A stretch of DNA of 64,000 bases from a virus. Below the pieces are notes generated by a model. That model ran no database searches. It was given only the letters and a program-made list of their open reading frames with translations, and had not been told where the DNA came from. Below, piece by piece: positions 56,052 through 64,000 of this stretch. The stretch spans positions 20,362 to 84,361 of the IMG/VR virus record IMGVR_UViG_3300042319_001922, one strand, 5' to 3'. The stretch's first letter is position 1. Each line of letters begins with the position of its first letter. A program made the position numbers and the translations under genes.

Positions 56052-57036
56052 GCTGTGTCAACTTTTTCAACAGTTGCTTTTTGCGCATTTCAATTTTGAT
56101 CTTGCTAGTTTCTCTAGCTTGCATGATCATTACCAATGTTGCCAGCTTACCATGTGCTATTACAGAATCGTTTACATCTTTGCAATTGCCCCAGTTGGGA
56201 ATACTAACTGCCCAGCCCAGTTCCACTGCACGGTCAATCAAGTCAATCCCGGCCTTGTCCTGGTCAGGGATCACAGTGACTTGTTTACCCAAATTGCGTA
56301 TAAGCCTTGCCTGTGTATCACTGATTGTGCTGTGCATCACAGCCAAGCCCGATATAGATAGTGCACAAAACACACCTTCCATGACCAGCACATGTTCCCA
56401 ATCAGAATGTTGTAAGTCAGTACCAAATACATATCCCGGTTGTGTATGATTGATGTACTTAGGGATTTTGTTATCCAGCATCCTAGCACTCCACCCAACT
56501 ACTGTGTTATCCCATGTAAAGGGAATGATCACTTGTGGGCGTGTCCAGTGGATGTTGTCGTTTTGCACTGCTGTTAAAAACGGGTAATCATCTGGTGCAC
56601 ATCTTGATCTCAGGTACTCCCACTGAACCTGATGCTCGGGGCTCACTGGTTCGGCATAGGGAGGAAACTCGTCAAACTCTTCAAATTTGATGTCTGCTAG
56701 ATTGTTAACTATGCGTTGGCGATCTTCCAGTATGCCATGTATATTTTTATACTTCAAACTTTCAAGATTCAAATGCTCAATCTCGCTGTCGGGCACTCCC
56801 AGCCAACTCAACAGTTTCTTGGCCTTGTATGATACGTTGCGTCCCAGAATAAAACTGGCTTTGTAGCCACAGTTGAAACAATGATAACTCCAGCCTTGCT
56901 CATTAGCTTTGAGCCCACCACGTTGACGCTTGTCTTGTTTTTCCCCGTTATGGGAACAACAAACTGCATTGAAACTAATCCAGCCCGATGGAGTTTGCTT
57001 TCTCTTACCTGGCAAGTATTGGACTATATCTATCAT
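56041..57036 (-). CDS. DNA primase (T4 gp61-like)
   Basis: Zinc domain (CC...YHCFNC), YLRSR, GWSAR, TOPRIM VMEGVF, PDQDKAG, KDVND. Confidence 0.9.
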   Translation of the reverse strand: MIDIVQYLPGKRKQTPSGWISFNAVCCSHNGEKQDKRQRGGLKANEQGWSYHCFNCGYKASFILGRNVSYKAKKLLSWLGVPDSEIEHLNLESLKYKNIHGILEDRQRIVNNLADIKFEEFDEFPPYAEPVSPEHQVQWEYLRSRCAPDDYPFLTAVQNDNIHWTRPQVIIPFTWDNTVVGWSARMLDNKIPKYINHTQPGYVFGTDLQHSDWEHVLVMEGVFCALSISGLAVMHSTISDTQARLIRNLGKQVTVIPDQDKAGIDLIDRAVELGWAVSIPNWGNCKDVNDSVIAHGKLATLVMIMQARETSKIKIEMRKKQLLKKLTQHDS

Positions 57037-57086
57037 CAAACAAGTATAACACACTTGCCCCGGGAAATCAACTCCTCTCGGGCAAA

Positions 57087-57872
57087 TTATCTATATGTGA
57101 TGAGATCAACGTTGCCGTTGTTGATTCCAAGTTCCAATCGCAAATAAGGATGATATCCTTCAACGTTGATGCCGCGACGATCAGTAGCATTGGTAAATGT
57201 TAATTCGGACACAGTATTGCCAGATTGCAAGTCTTCAAAGGGAATAGAATACCATTCCACAGTGTTTGAAGTTGCATCTGTTGCACCCTGAACTGCAACT
57301 GTCCCAGTAAAATCAACTGGATCCAGTTGGAATGTGGTCAAGCTAGAGCCATCGGTGGTCAAGGTACTGGTGTAGTAAATTGAGCTGTCAGGTGCTTGAC
57401 TGGGAATAGTCAGCACTTGACTTGCAACAAACGCTGGGAATACAGAATTAACAATGTTGATGTCTCCCCTGGCTCCACTGTAGTCATCAGTAAACACTGC
57501 TTGGTTTAACACCCCCGATGAAATTTCAATGCTCCAGCTTGCTGGTTGTGCTTGAAAATACGCTGTGTCCGCAGCTGGTATGGTTACTTTGGATCGACCC
57601 AGCGTGTTGCTGAGACTTACAAGTTCTTTTGCGTACAAAAGATTTTGCCCATCCTGACTGATAATACGGAACGTGAAAGTCGCTCCGGTGATGTTCACGG
57701 GCTTTTGATCTTGATTTTGGAACTGGAACAATATCACATTGTCCACCCCAAGGTTAAGGGTTAATGATTTTGCGTACACTGGCTTCCATCTCCGATCGAA
57801 ATAGGCCCCCGTAACGTCAACCAAAAGTACGGTCTGAATTTGCTGATATAAATAGGCTGTGGTTGCATACAT
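57087..57872 (-). CDS. Probable structural protein (beta-sandwich)
   Basis: NQDQKPVNITGATFTF segment typical of Ig-like/BppU-like virion domains. Confidence 0.55.
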   Translation of the reverse strand: MYATTAYLYQQIQTVLLVDVTGAYFDRRWKPVYAKSLTLNLGVDNVILFQFQNQDQKPVNITGATFTFRIISQDGQNLLYAKELVSLSNTLGRSKVTIPAADTAYFQAQPASWSIEISSGVLNQAVFTDDYSGARGDINIVNSVFPAFVASQVLTIPSQAPDSSIYYTSTLTTDGSSLTTFQLDPVDFTGTVAVQGATDATSNTVEWYSIPFEDLQSGNTVSELTFTNATDRRGINVEGYHPYLRLELGINNGNVDLITYR

Positions 57873-57892
57873 AGGAATCTCCAACAATATTT

Positions 57893-58270
57893 ATGGGCGA
57901 AAATGTCTTTAAGACTCTAACAGAGCGATACCCTTTTATCACGCTATGCGTGTACGCAGACGCTGAATATCTGGGTGTGGTACAAAACCGAGACGAGGTG
58001 GTTACCACCATCTATGACTTTGGTATGATAGTTGATCCAGTTCAGAAAAAAGTGTTTCTTGAGCTGGCATCTGTCTGGTGGTGGGAAAGCAATCGTAGCA
58101 TACCTATCAATATATTTCTTAAAAATGAGTGGGATCCGTTCCGTTTGTATCTAAGAACGTTTGCCAACAAGGATCTTGAAATCTTGCATGGGCCAGTGTG
58201 CAGCCTTAACGATATCTCTCGTAGAAAAAGCAAACGCAGATCCATTACTCTGGTCAAACGCCCAGATTAA
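57893..58270 (+). CDS. Hypothetical protein
   Basis: 125 aa, WWWESNRSIPINIFL, basic C-terminus. Confidence 0.7.
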   Translation: MGENVFKTLTERYPFITLCVYADAEYLGVVQNRDEVVTTIYDFGMIVDPVQKKVFLELASVWWWESNRSIPINIFLKNEWDPFRLYLRTFANKDLEILHGPVCSLNDISRRKSKRRSITLVKRPD

Positions 58271-58281
58271 CAACGCTACCA

Positions 58282-58842
58282 TCAATTAAGCAGATTCATG
58301 TGCAAAGCCACCAAGGCTGCATAACTCACTGCATGCGACTTTTTAAAAGTATACCCTCGGGTAGAGTTGCCGTCCCAAACTTCATCAAAAATTTGATCCC
58401 AGCTTTTGTTTTGTAAATGTGCTTTGCCCGGGCGTATCAACGAGATAAATGCTGCCATTCTAGGGATACTGTCCGGTTTCATGCTCTGTAATAAATTGGT
58501 ATAATTTCCCACGTGCACCAGCTGCTGACTCCATTCGGGATCTAGCCATAGCCTAGTCCACGGGGGTGTGGCTGTTAACATTTGTTGATAGTGCGCAGGG
58601 CTGTTTATCAATTGATACACACCCATGTTTAAAAAATCTATTTTAAAATACCCACGGTGTTCAGCTTCCTCATATTCAATTGCCGAACACTGGTTCACAG
58701 GATCATAAGGTATGTCTGTTACATACACCCCGGAGTTGTGACGTCGCACCTGCTCCTGCACAACTTGCGCGGCTGGAGTGTGCTGAATCAAGGACAATAT
58801 CTTGTTTCTGTCAGCAAAATCAATGTCAATGTCTGCGCTCAT
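58282..58842 (-). CDS. Minimal DnaE (Pol III alpha)-like protein
   Basis: DIDIDF, HNSGVY, GYFKIDFL, SLIRPG, YTFKKSHAVSYA within 186 aa. Confidence 0.8.
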   Translation of the reverse strand: MSADIDIDFADRNKILSLIQHTPAAQVVQEQVRRHNSGVYVTDIPYDPVNQCSAIEYEEAEHRGYFKIDFLNMGVYQLINSPAHYQQMLTATPPWTRLWLDPEWSQQLVHVGNYTNLLQSMKPDSIPRMAAFISLIRPGKAHLQNKSWDQIFDEVWDGNSTRGYTFKKSHAVSYAALVALHMNLLN

Positions 58843-59837
58843 GGTGTCTTATTAAAGTACTGGTGTATTTGACTGCTGTGAGTAAACCACTGTGTTTGCT
58901 CAAATGGCAACTCTTTGTTGTAATGTAGTTCTAGTTTAGCACTTAGATAACTTTCTTGCAAGAGGTCCAGGCCAGATATCACAAAACTTTCACCAGTTAC
59001 TATACTGTTAAACAAAAAGTCACACTCGGTCTTGGTGTACTTGTAGGGCTGTCGTTTTAGGAACTCGTTGTGTACAGATATAAATTCATGACTGGGAACA
59101 AAGTCAAACCCAAAAGTTTGGGCAACTTTTTTTAATTGTTCTGCAAACAAATCAGTTTTGTAAAAACTTGTGTATGGAATTACAAAAACATTACCGTTTG
59201 TGTTGTAATTCATTTGCTGTTGTATTAACATTGGCCATGACTGATCTGGGATCTTGAATGCCAGCTTAAAAAATTCTCGTAGAATATATCTAGGACAGTC
59301 TGGCTGCTCACTGGTCAGTGTCAACAATTTCAAGTTGTGTGTGGTCATACACTCGGTTTGTATCCAGGCCGGCAACTGATTGAATTCATCTACAGTAGCA
59401 ATATCTGGCCAGGATTCATCTTTGACTGCTTGATAACTATCTCGAAGTTGATTTTTAAAAAACTTGTCAATAATGTTATCCAGGGCGGGTTTGTAACTAG
59501 AGTTGTTGAGCTTGTGGAATGTGTTTTGTTCCAGCAACTCATTGTCAATGCCAAGCCCGCCTGCTCGCAACAAACATATAGACATCAACGGCAATAGGTC
59601 ATCGGGCAATAGCTGAATTGACAACATGTTGTAGTCATTGGGCAAGATTGATAAATCAGTGTAATGGTGCCCTGACAAAAATTCCACTGGTGATCCCGGT
59701 ATGTGCCAGCTGCCATGCGATGATCCTTTTGTATCAAAGGGCGGTCCATTTGTGTCCAGGCCAGCAATAAAGTGATTGCACACATACTCTAGATAAGCGC
59801 CATGGGCACCTGGTTGGAAGTCGATATAAATCATCAC
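58839..59837 (-). CDS. Hypothetical protein containing the shared WP/LP module
   Basis: IDFQPGAHG N-terminal loop; YQAVKDESWPDIATVDEFNQLPAWIQTEC. Confidence 0.65.
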   Translation of the reverse strand: MMIYIDFQPGAHGAYLEYVCNHFIAGLDTNGPPFDTKGSSHGSWHIPGSPVEFLSGHHYTDLSILPNDYNMLSIQLLPDDLLPLMSICLLRAGGLGIDNELLEQNTFHKLNNSSYKPALDNIIDKFFKNQLRDSYQAVKDESWPDIATVDEFNQLPAWIQTECMTTHNLKLLTLTSEQPDCPRYILREFFKLAFKIPDQSWPMLIQQQMNYNTNGNVFVIPYTSFYKTDLFAEQLKKVAQTFGFDFVPSHEFISVHNEFLKRQPYKYTKTECDFLFNSIVTGESFVISGLDLLQESYLSAKLELHYNKELPFEQTQWFTHSSQIHQYFNKTP

Positions 59838-60508
59838 CAGCCTGTTTGTTTTAAAATATTTCGCACATAGTCAACTTCATCTGGATTGTCCTTGAACTTT
59901 TTGCTCCAAAAGTCTGTATCAATGCATGACCATATTATGGCCAATTGACTTGGATTTATACGTGCTAGAAATTCGTTGCCCGAATCACAATTGTACAAAA
60001 TCCAGGCACTAACACGCCCGGTACTCACCGCATAACACAAGGCATTGTCATTGCCATACCGCAAGTAGTCTGCTAGTGGGTTTTGTGTTTTTTCTTGCCA
60101 TATCTGGGCTTCTTCAATTGCACGAGTCAATGCATCAGCTATGTTTTCCACACGCAAGTACTCGTTCAAGTACTCGGTATACACTGCATCATTGCACCAG
60201 TTGTCAATCTTTTTGTTCTGTCTCACAACCCACTCTATAAATCTTGGTGGGTTTACAGCACGAATGGCCTGTATGTGCCGGCCAAACTTTACAAACGCAC
60301 GATAAAACGAACTGCCAGCAAAGTCATCAAATGTTTTGGCCTTGGCAGATCCTTGGGTTATCTCATAGAATCGCAAGTATGCGCGAAGTCCAAGTTGTAC
60401 TCCAACTTCTTTCTGCTCTAGAAAGCGTCTCTTTTGTTCACATACGTGCACAGCCAGCGTTTTTTCTTTTACAAAACTACGGCTACAATGTTGGCAAACA
60501 AATGACAT
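59834..60508 (-). CDS. Zinc-finger protein (C2H2-like N-terminus)
   Basis: FVCQHCSRSFVKEKTLAVHVC. Confidence 0.75.
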   Translation of the reverse strand: MSFVCQHCSRSFVKEKTLAVHVCEQKRRFLEQKEVGVQLGLRAYLRFYEITQGSAKAKTFDDFAGSSFYRAFVKFGRHIQAIRAVNPPRFIEWVVRQNKKIDNWCNDAVYTEYLNEYLRVENIADALTRAIEEAQIWQEKTQNPLADYLRYGNDNALCYAVSTGRVSAWILYNCDSGNEFLARINPSQLAIIWSCIDTDFWSKKFKDNPDEVDYVRNILKQTGW

Positions 60509-60547
60509 GTTGTTGGGTGCGTGATCCAGTGTTGATAGTAAGAACAA

Positions 60548-60997
60548 TTACAGTGCTCCGTCAATGCCCATGTCCTTGAGATATGACGATAGTTCTTTTT
60601 TAGAATTAAGCTGACTCATGAGTTCAATTTCATCCATCTTCATATTTGGGTACAACTTCATCAAAAGTTTTTTAACATCGGTGGTGCCTTTGTCTTTTTT
60701 CTTGGGAGAGATCCAATTGTGTGTATGGCATCCTGTATCAGGGCTTACTGCTGTGGCTCCCAGCCATTGCAACTTTGGATGTTTGTTGATAGAGAAAAAA
60801 TGTTTGTTGAGATAATGGTTGCAACTTTGTACATAATACTCTTGCAACTCTCTAGGACCTGTAACTTGACTGCTCCACCGTATCATCAAAAAATTGCTGA
60901 ACTTCTTGAGTTCGTCAACAGTCAGGCTATCATAGAAGTCTCGATCCTTGGTATCAAGTCTTGCCATCTCGTATCGTATGTTAAGTCTATCGCTCAC
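60548..60997 (-). CDS. Probable clamp-loader small subunit (T4 gp62-like)
   Basis: FSNFLMIRWSS...N...HPKLQW...WISPKK pattern, size, and replication-gene context. Confidence 0.55.
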   Translation of the reverse strand: MSDRLNIRYEMARLDTKDRDFYDSLTVDELKKFSNFLMIRWSSQVTGPRELQEYYVQSCNHYLNKHFFSINKHPKLQWLGATAVSPDTGCHTHNWISPKKKDKGTTDVKKLLMKLYPNMKMDEIELMSQLNSKKELSSYLKDMGIDGAL

Positions 60998-61229
60998 GAC
61001 GAACTCCTGTGACCACTGTGTTAAGATTGTTTTTCAAACGAAGAAATTCTTTTTGTAACTTCTCAATTGTTTTTTGTTGTTCCACTAGTTTTTCTTCCAG
61101 GATGTCAATTTTCTGCATTGCAGATTTAAGTGCAGTATCCACAACTGGTTTAACTGGGGCTACCACTCGTTCAGCCGATTCATCTTGTTTGTATTGATCC
61201 ATTATATCACCATGCTTGATTGTAGTCAA
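60987..61229 (-). CDS. Small coiled-coil protein
   Basis: Heptad pattern. Confidence 0.6.
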   Translation of the reverse strand: MTTIKHGDIMDQYKQDESAERVVAPVKPVVDTALKSAMQKIDILEEKLVEQQKTIEKLQKEFLRLKNNLNTVVTGVRRER

Positions 61230-61707
61230 CTATTTCACAGTTGCGACTTACGTCTTTGACAAAATACACACATTCAGGTTCTATGTTGTCATTCAACGGC
61301 ACACACAGCATTTGGCCATTCTTGAGTTTGGGTGCGTACCAAGTGACTTCATGATATACGTCAACAATCTCGATTGTGGGGAAGCTGGGTCGAAATCCAG
61401 TTAGTGGATTGAATTGAAATACTCTAAACCCCCTGTCGTTGATTGCTGTCAACGGCAGAACCTCTAGGTCTCCCAGGTCTGGCTCACCAATTAGAATTTG
61501 CCAATCCATGGGCATTTTAATTGTGTACTCGCCAATTTTGAGAACCAATGCTGGAGCATTAAAGCTTTCAAGAAAGATGAGTGGAATATAGTGATAATCA
61601 ACATTGTTTGGATCCGAGTTGTCTAGAATTGAAAATCGCATGTCGTCGACTTCTTCAGGCAGGGTGTCCAAATCGTATGCAATGTTGTTTAAAGTTAGTA
61701 TTCTCAT
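61207..61707 (-). CDS. Hypothetical protein
   Basis: 166 aa; TTGACT-N17-TATAAT promoter at 61715-61743 almost abuts the ATG. Confidence 0.7.
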   Translation of the reverse strand: MRILTLNNIAYDLDTLPEEVDDMRFSILDNSDPNNVDYHYIPLIFLESFNAPALVLKIGEYTIKMPMDWQILIGEPDLGDLEVLPLTAINDRGFRVFQFNPLTGFRPSFPTIEIVDVYHEVTWYAPKLKNGQMLCVPLNDNIEPECVYFVKDVSRNCEIVDYNQAW

Positions 61708-61771
61708 AAAGTATATTATATATGGTTATTGTCTGTTAGTCAAGACTTAGCTGATTTTATTTTTAGCAATA

Positions 61772-62422
61772 TCAAAATAGCTGTACTGCATGTGCAATCA
61801 ATGTGTCTGGACTTGCAGAAAGATTGTCTACCGATTGCTGTGTAAACAAATCAAATGCCACCGACAGTCTTACTGGTTCAGTCACAATGCCGACTTCGTG
61901 ATCGGCCCAGCAGGGAAAAATTGTGATGCCGCCAAGGCTGTTTTTGATGACTTCGTTACGAGCAGGATAATGAAACGTGGTTGATGTGTTGTCTGTCAAA
62001 CTGATAAATCCACTCAAGTGATAATGAGGAGAATGCCAATGCATGCTCAAACTTACCCCAGCTTCTAGGATATTGATCCATCCCGATATCCAAAGAGATT
62101 TCTCTGGCTCAAACTCATATGCTTGTGAAAAATCATGATAGGCTCTGGCAATATCTTGCTTGAACCTGTGTACACTGGGCATGTCAAACTTGAAAAAATT
62201 ATAACTGTCCCAGGGCACATGTCCCGGTGGAATATTTTGCCAATCCCAGTTGTGAGGTCTAACATACTGTGCATAGTTGTCATTCACAAACTGGTGAATA
62301 TCCGCAAAGTCTGTGGTGCTGACTTGATCTTTCCAAATAGGCACTCGCATATCCAATGCAAAAGGGCCCGGCATTTGTATGCGTCTAACAATTAGCCTAG
62401 GATCTACTTGATGGTCATCCAC
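61772..62422 (-). CDS. 2OG-Fe(II) oxygenase-like protein
   Basis: WINI...HWH...LSG...FPCWADHEV...RLSVAFD. Confidence 0.8.
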   Translation of the reverse strand: MDDHQVDPRLIVRRIQMPGPFALDMRVPIWKDQVSTTDFADIHQFVNDNYAQYVRPHNWDWQNIPPGHVPWDSYNFFKFDMPSVHRFKQDIARAYHDFSQAYEFEPEKSLWISGWINILEAGVSLSMHWHSPHYHLSGFISLTDNTSTTFHYPARNEVIKNSLGGITIFPCWADHEVGIVTEPVRLSVAFDLFTQQSVDNLSASPDTLIAHAVQLF

Positions 62423-63873
62423 TCTAGTTTCTCCTGTGTAAACGGATAATTGGCTTCTTTATAAAATTGTTTACGCTTGGTAAGGTGGCGTTTTGCAAAC
62501 TTGCACGTTGACGTGATGTCCCAGATTTGGACATGGTCTTTGTCTTCTGCTTTTCTAATGCCTCGCCCAATACTTTGTATAACGCGGACAAAGCTTTTTC
62601 CGGGCTCCAAAAGAACCAAATTAAAAATACGGGGGATATTAATACCCACAGCGGCCACACCGTAAGTCGCCACAATAATCTTGCCAGTAGATTCTGCCAC
62701 TTGATCATAATGTTCTTGCCTTTCTGTTCCTTTGGTTGCACCTGATACAAACACTGCCTGATCTCCCAGTCTCTTGACTAGTTCATGACCCGATGCCACT
62801 CGATCCACAAGCACCAGGGTGTTGCCGGTTTCATTGACCCTGGCAACCAAATTGGATATAGTATCCAATCTTCCAGACTCTTCAAGCAAGTATTTTAACT
62901 CGCTTTGATAATCTTTGTATTCCACATGGTCCACAAGTTGCACAACATTCACGTGACATTGAGCCAATACTCCCATGTCTTGCAAGGTGCTGGCAGCAAG
63001 TTTGCTGATCACTGGACCAAGACTAACATGCAATGCTTCTGATTCAAACTTTTCTTTTGGCACAGTGCCAGTTAGACCCCAGCGAATTGGGATATGAGCC
63101 ATTACTCCAGTCAATAGAGTTTTCAATGCATCAGCTTTGGCCATGTGCACTTCGTCGACCATGACACAAACCACATCCTCAATAAAGTCTTGAATTGTCA
63201 CTTCCCCGACTCCAGCCTTGGTGTTCTTTAACAACACATTCAAGCTTTGCCAAGTGCAAATGGTATGTGTTCGACCATGTTCTTTTCTATCACCAAAGTA
63301 CACGCCCACATCTAGTCCTAGATTGATATAGTCCTTTTCAGTTTGTCGCACAAGATCTTTGTTGGGCACAATAACAATACTGCGCCCGTAATCTTGTACA
63401 CTCCAGCTCAAGGCAGCTGTCATGATTGTCTTGCCTGCGCCAGTGGCCACTTCCTGAATACATTGAGGATTATTTAAAAAATCATTAATGATATCAATTT
63501 GATAGTCACGCAACACAATTGGTTGTCCTTCTGCCACATGACCCTTGGGCCACAAGTGATTGACAAATGTGTTTTCAGAAGTCAGTGCAAATTCAAATGT
63601 GGTTTTGTAATTGCGTTGATCATCTAGTTCAACATCATATCCTTCAGCCTCAAGCACCGGGATAATCTCTGGCAGCAAGTTTACAAATGTGCTGCCACCC
63701 ATTTGAAAATAGCTGACCTTGCCATCCCATCGACCCAGTCGCACAGCCGGAAGATATCTTGCATACGGAATGTCATATTTGAATTTGTTAACTAGACGCT
63801 TGCGAGTGTCTAGGTCAAGTCCTTCAATTTTAACATTGACCTCGTCGTTTAGTATAAGGGTTGCTTGTTTCAT
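62404..63873 (-). CDS. uvsW: SF2 DNA helicase UvsW-like
   Basis: LRDYQ, ATGAGKT, VDEVH, GLTGT, GINIP, QSIGRGIR. Confidence 0.92.
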   Translation of the reverse strand: MKQATLILNDEVNVKIEGLDLDTRKRLVNKFKYDIPYARYLPAVRLGRWDGKVSYFQMGGSTFVNLLPEIIPVLEAEGYDVELDDQRNYKTTFEFALTSENTFVNHLWPKGHVAEGQPIVLRDYQIDIINDFLNNPQCIQEVATGAGKTIMTAALSWSVQDYGRSIVIVPNKDLVRQTEKDYINLGLDVGVYFGDRKEHGRTHTICTWQSLNVLLKNTKAGVGEVTIQDFIEDVVCVMVDEVHMAKADALKTLLTGVMAHIPIRWGLTGTVPKEKFESEALHVSLGPVISKLAASTLQDMGVLAQCHVNVVQLVDHVEYKDYQSELKYLLEESGRLDTISNLVARVNETGNTLVLVDRVASGHELVKRLGDQAVFVSGATKGTERQEHYDQVAESTGKIIVATYGVAAVGINIPRIFNLVLLEPGKSFVRVIQSIGRGIRKAEDKDHVQIWDITSTCKFAKRHLTKRKQFYKEANYPFTQEKLEWMTIK

Positions 63874-64000
63874 TTAAAATATATGTTTGTTATGAGTTGT
63901 CTGCGTCTAATGTTATCAATTATTTCTTCTCTATTGCCAATGTTGATCAATTTTGCCACCTTGTATCTGTATGGATGTGCTAGTGGATGATTAATGCTGT
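63870..64000 (-). CDS. C-terminal end of a gene entering from the right edge
   Basis: ...HPYRYKVAKLINIGNREEIIDNIRRRQLITNIYFK*; TGA overlaps the uvsW ATG. Confidence 0.55.
   Translation of the reverse strand, partial: SINHPLAHPYRYKVAKLINIGNREEIIDNIRRRQLITNIYFK

Noticed and set aside
1-64000. Bacterial chromosome origin, suggested by clpPX, pstS, iscUA, ahpCD and nrdAB
   Set aside because: These genes lack their normal operon partners (pstCAB, iscS/hscAB, tig/lon) and are interleaved with T4-like replication genes, PAAR, virion genes and phage promoters.
1-64000. Stop-codon reassignment
   Set aside because: Conserved genes are full-length in the standard code, and TAA, TAG and TGA all end genes at sensible positions.

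Overview
The window is a gene-dense, mostly minus-strand segment of a large lytic T4-like (jumbo-type) tailed phage, not a bacterial chromosome. It carries T4-style replication genes (UvsW, gp41-like helicase, gp61-like primase, probable gp62, ATP-dependent ligase, NrdAB/glutaredoxin, a very small DnaE-like protein), a PAAR spike and other probable virion genes. It also has clusters of tiny early ORFs behind repeated near-consensus sigma70 promoters, and TAAATA late-promoter-like motifs. The accessory load is large: ClpP x2, ClpX, ClpS, Hsp20, PstS, AhpC/AhpD, IscU/IscA, UvsE, two amidinotransferases, a nucleotide-sugar dehydrogenase, glycosyltransferases, SGNH-like proteins and radical SAM enzymes. 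The host-like genes look proteobacterial, probably betaproteobacterial (inference). The best candidate for a new system is a Pho-box-controlled run of PlcP-like phospholipase C, a hidden overlapping small ORF, a GT2 glycosyltransferase and PstS. It suggests a phage-borne module that strips phosphate from host phospholipids and substitutes glycolipid. More broadly, several accessory genes sit behind sites matching cognate host regulators: Pho boxes, an OxyR-spaced site before ahpC, a PhaR-like palindrome before a phasin-like gene, and ROSE-like thermometers. All calls come from reading motifs by eye; no searches were run, and some starts were moved from the ORF track to the likelier ATG.
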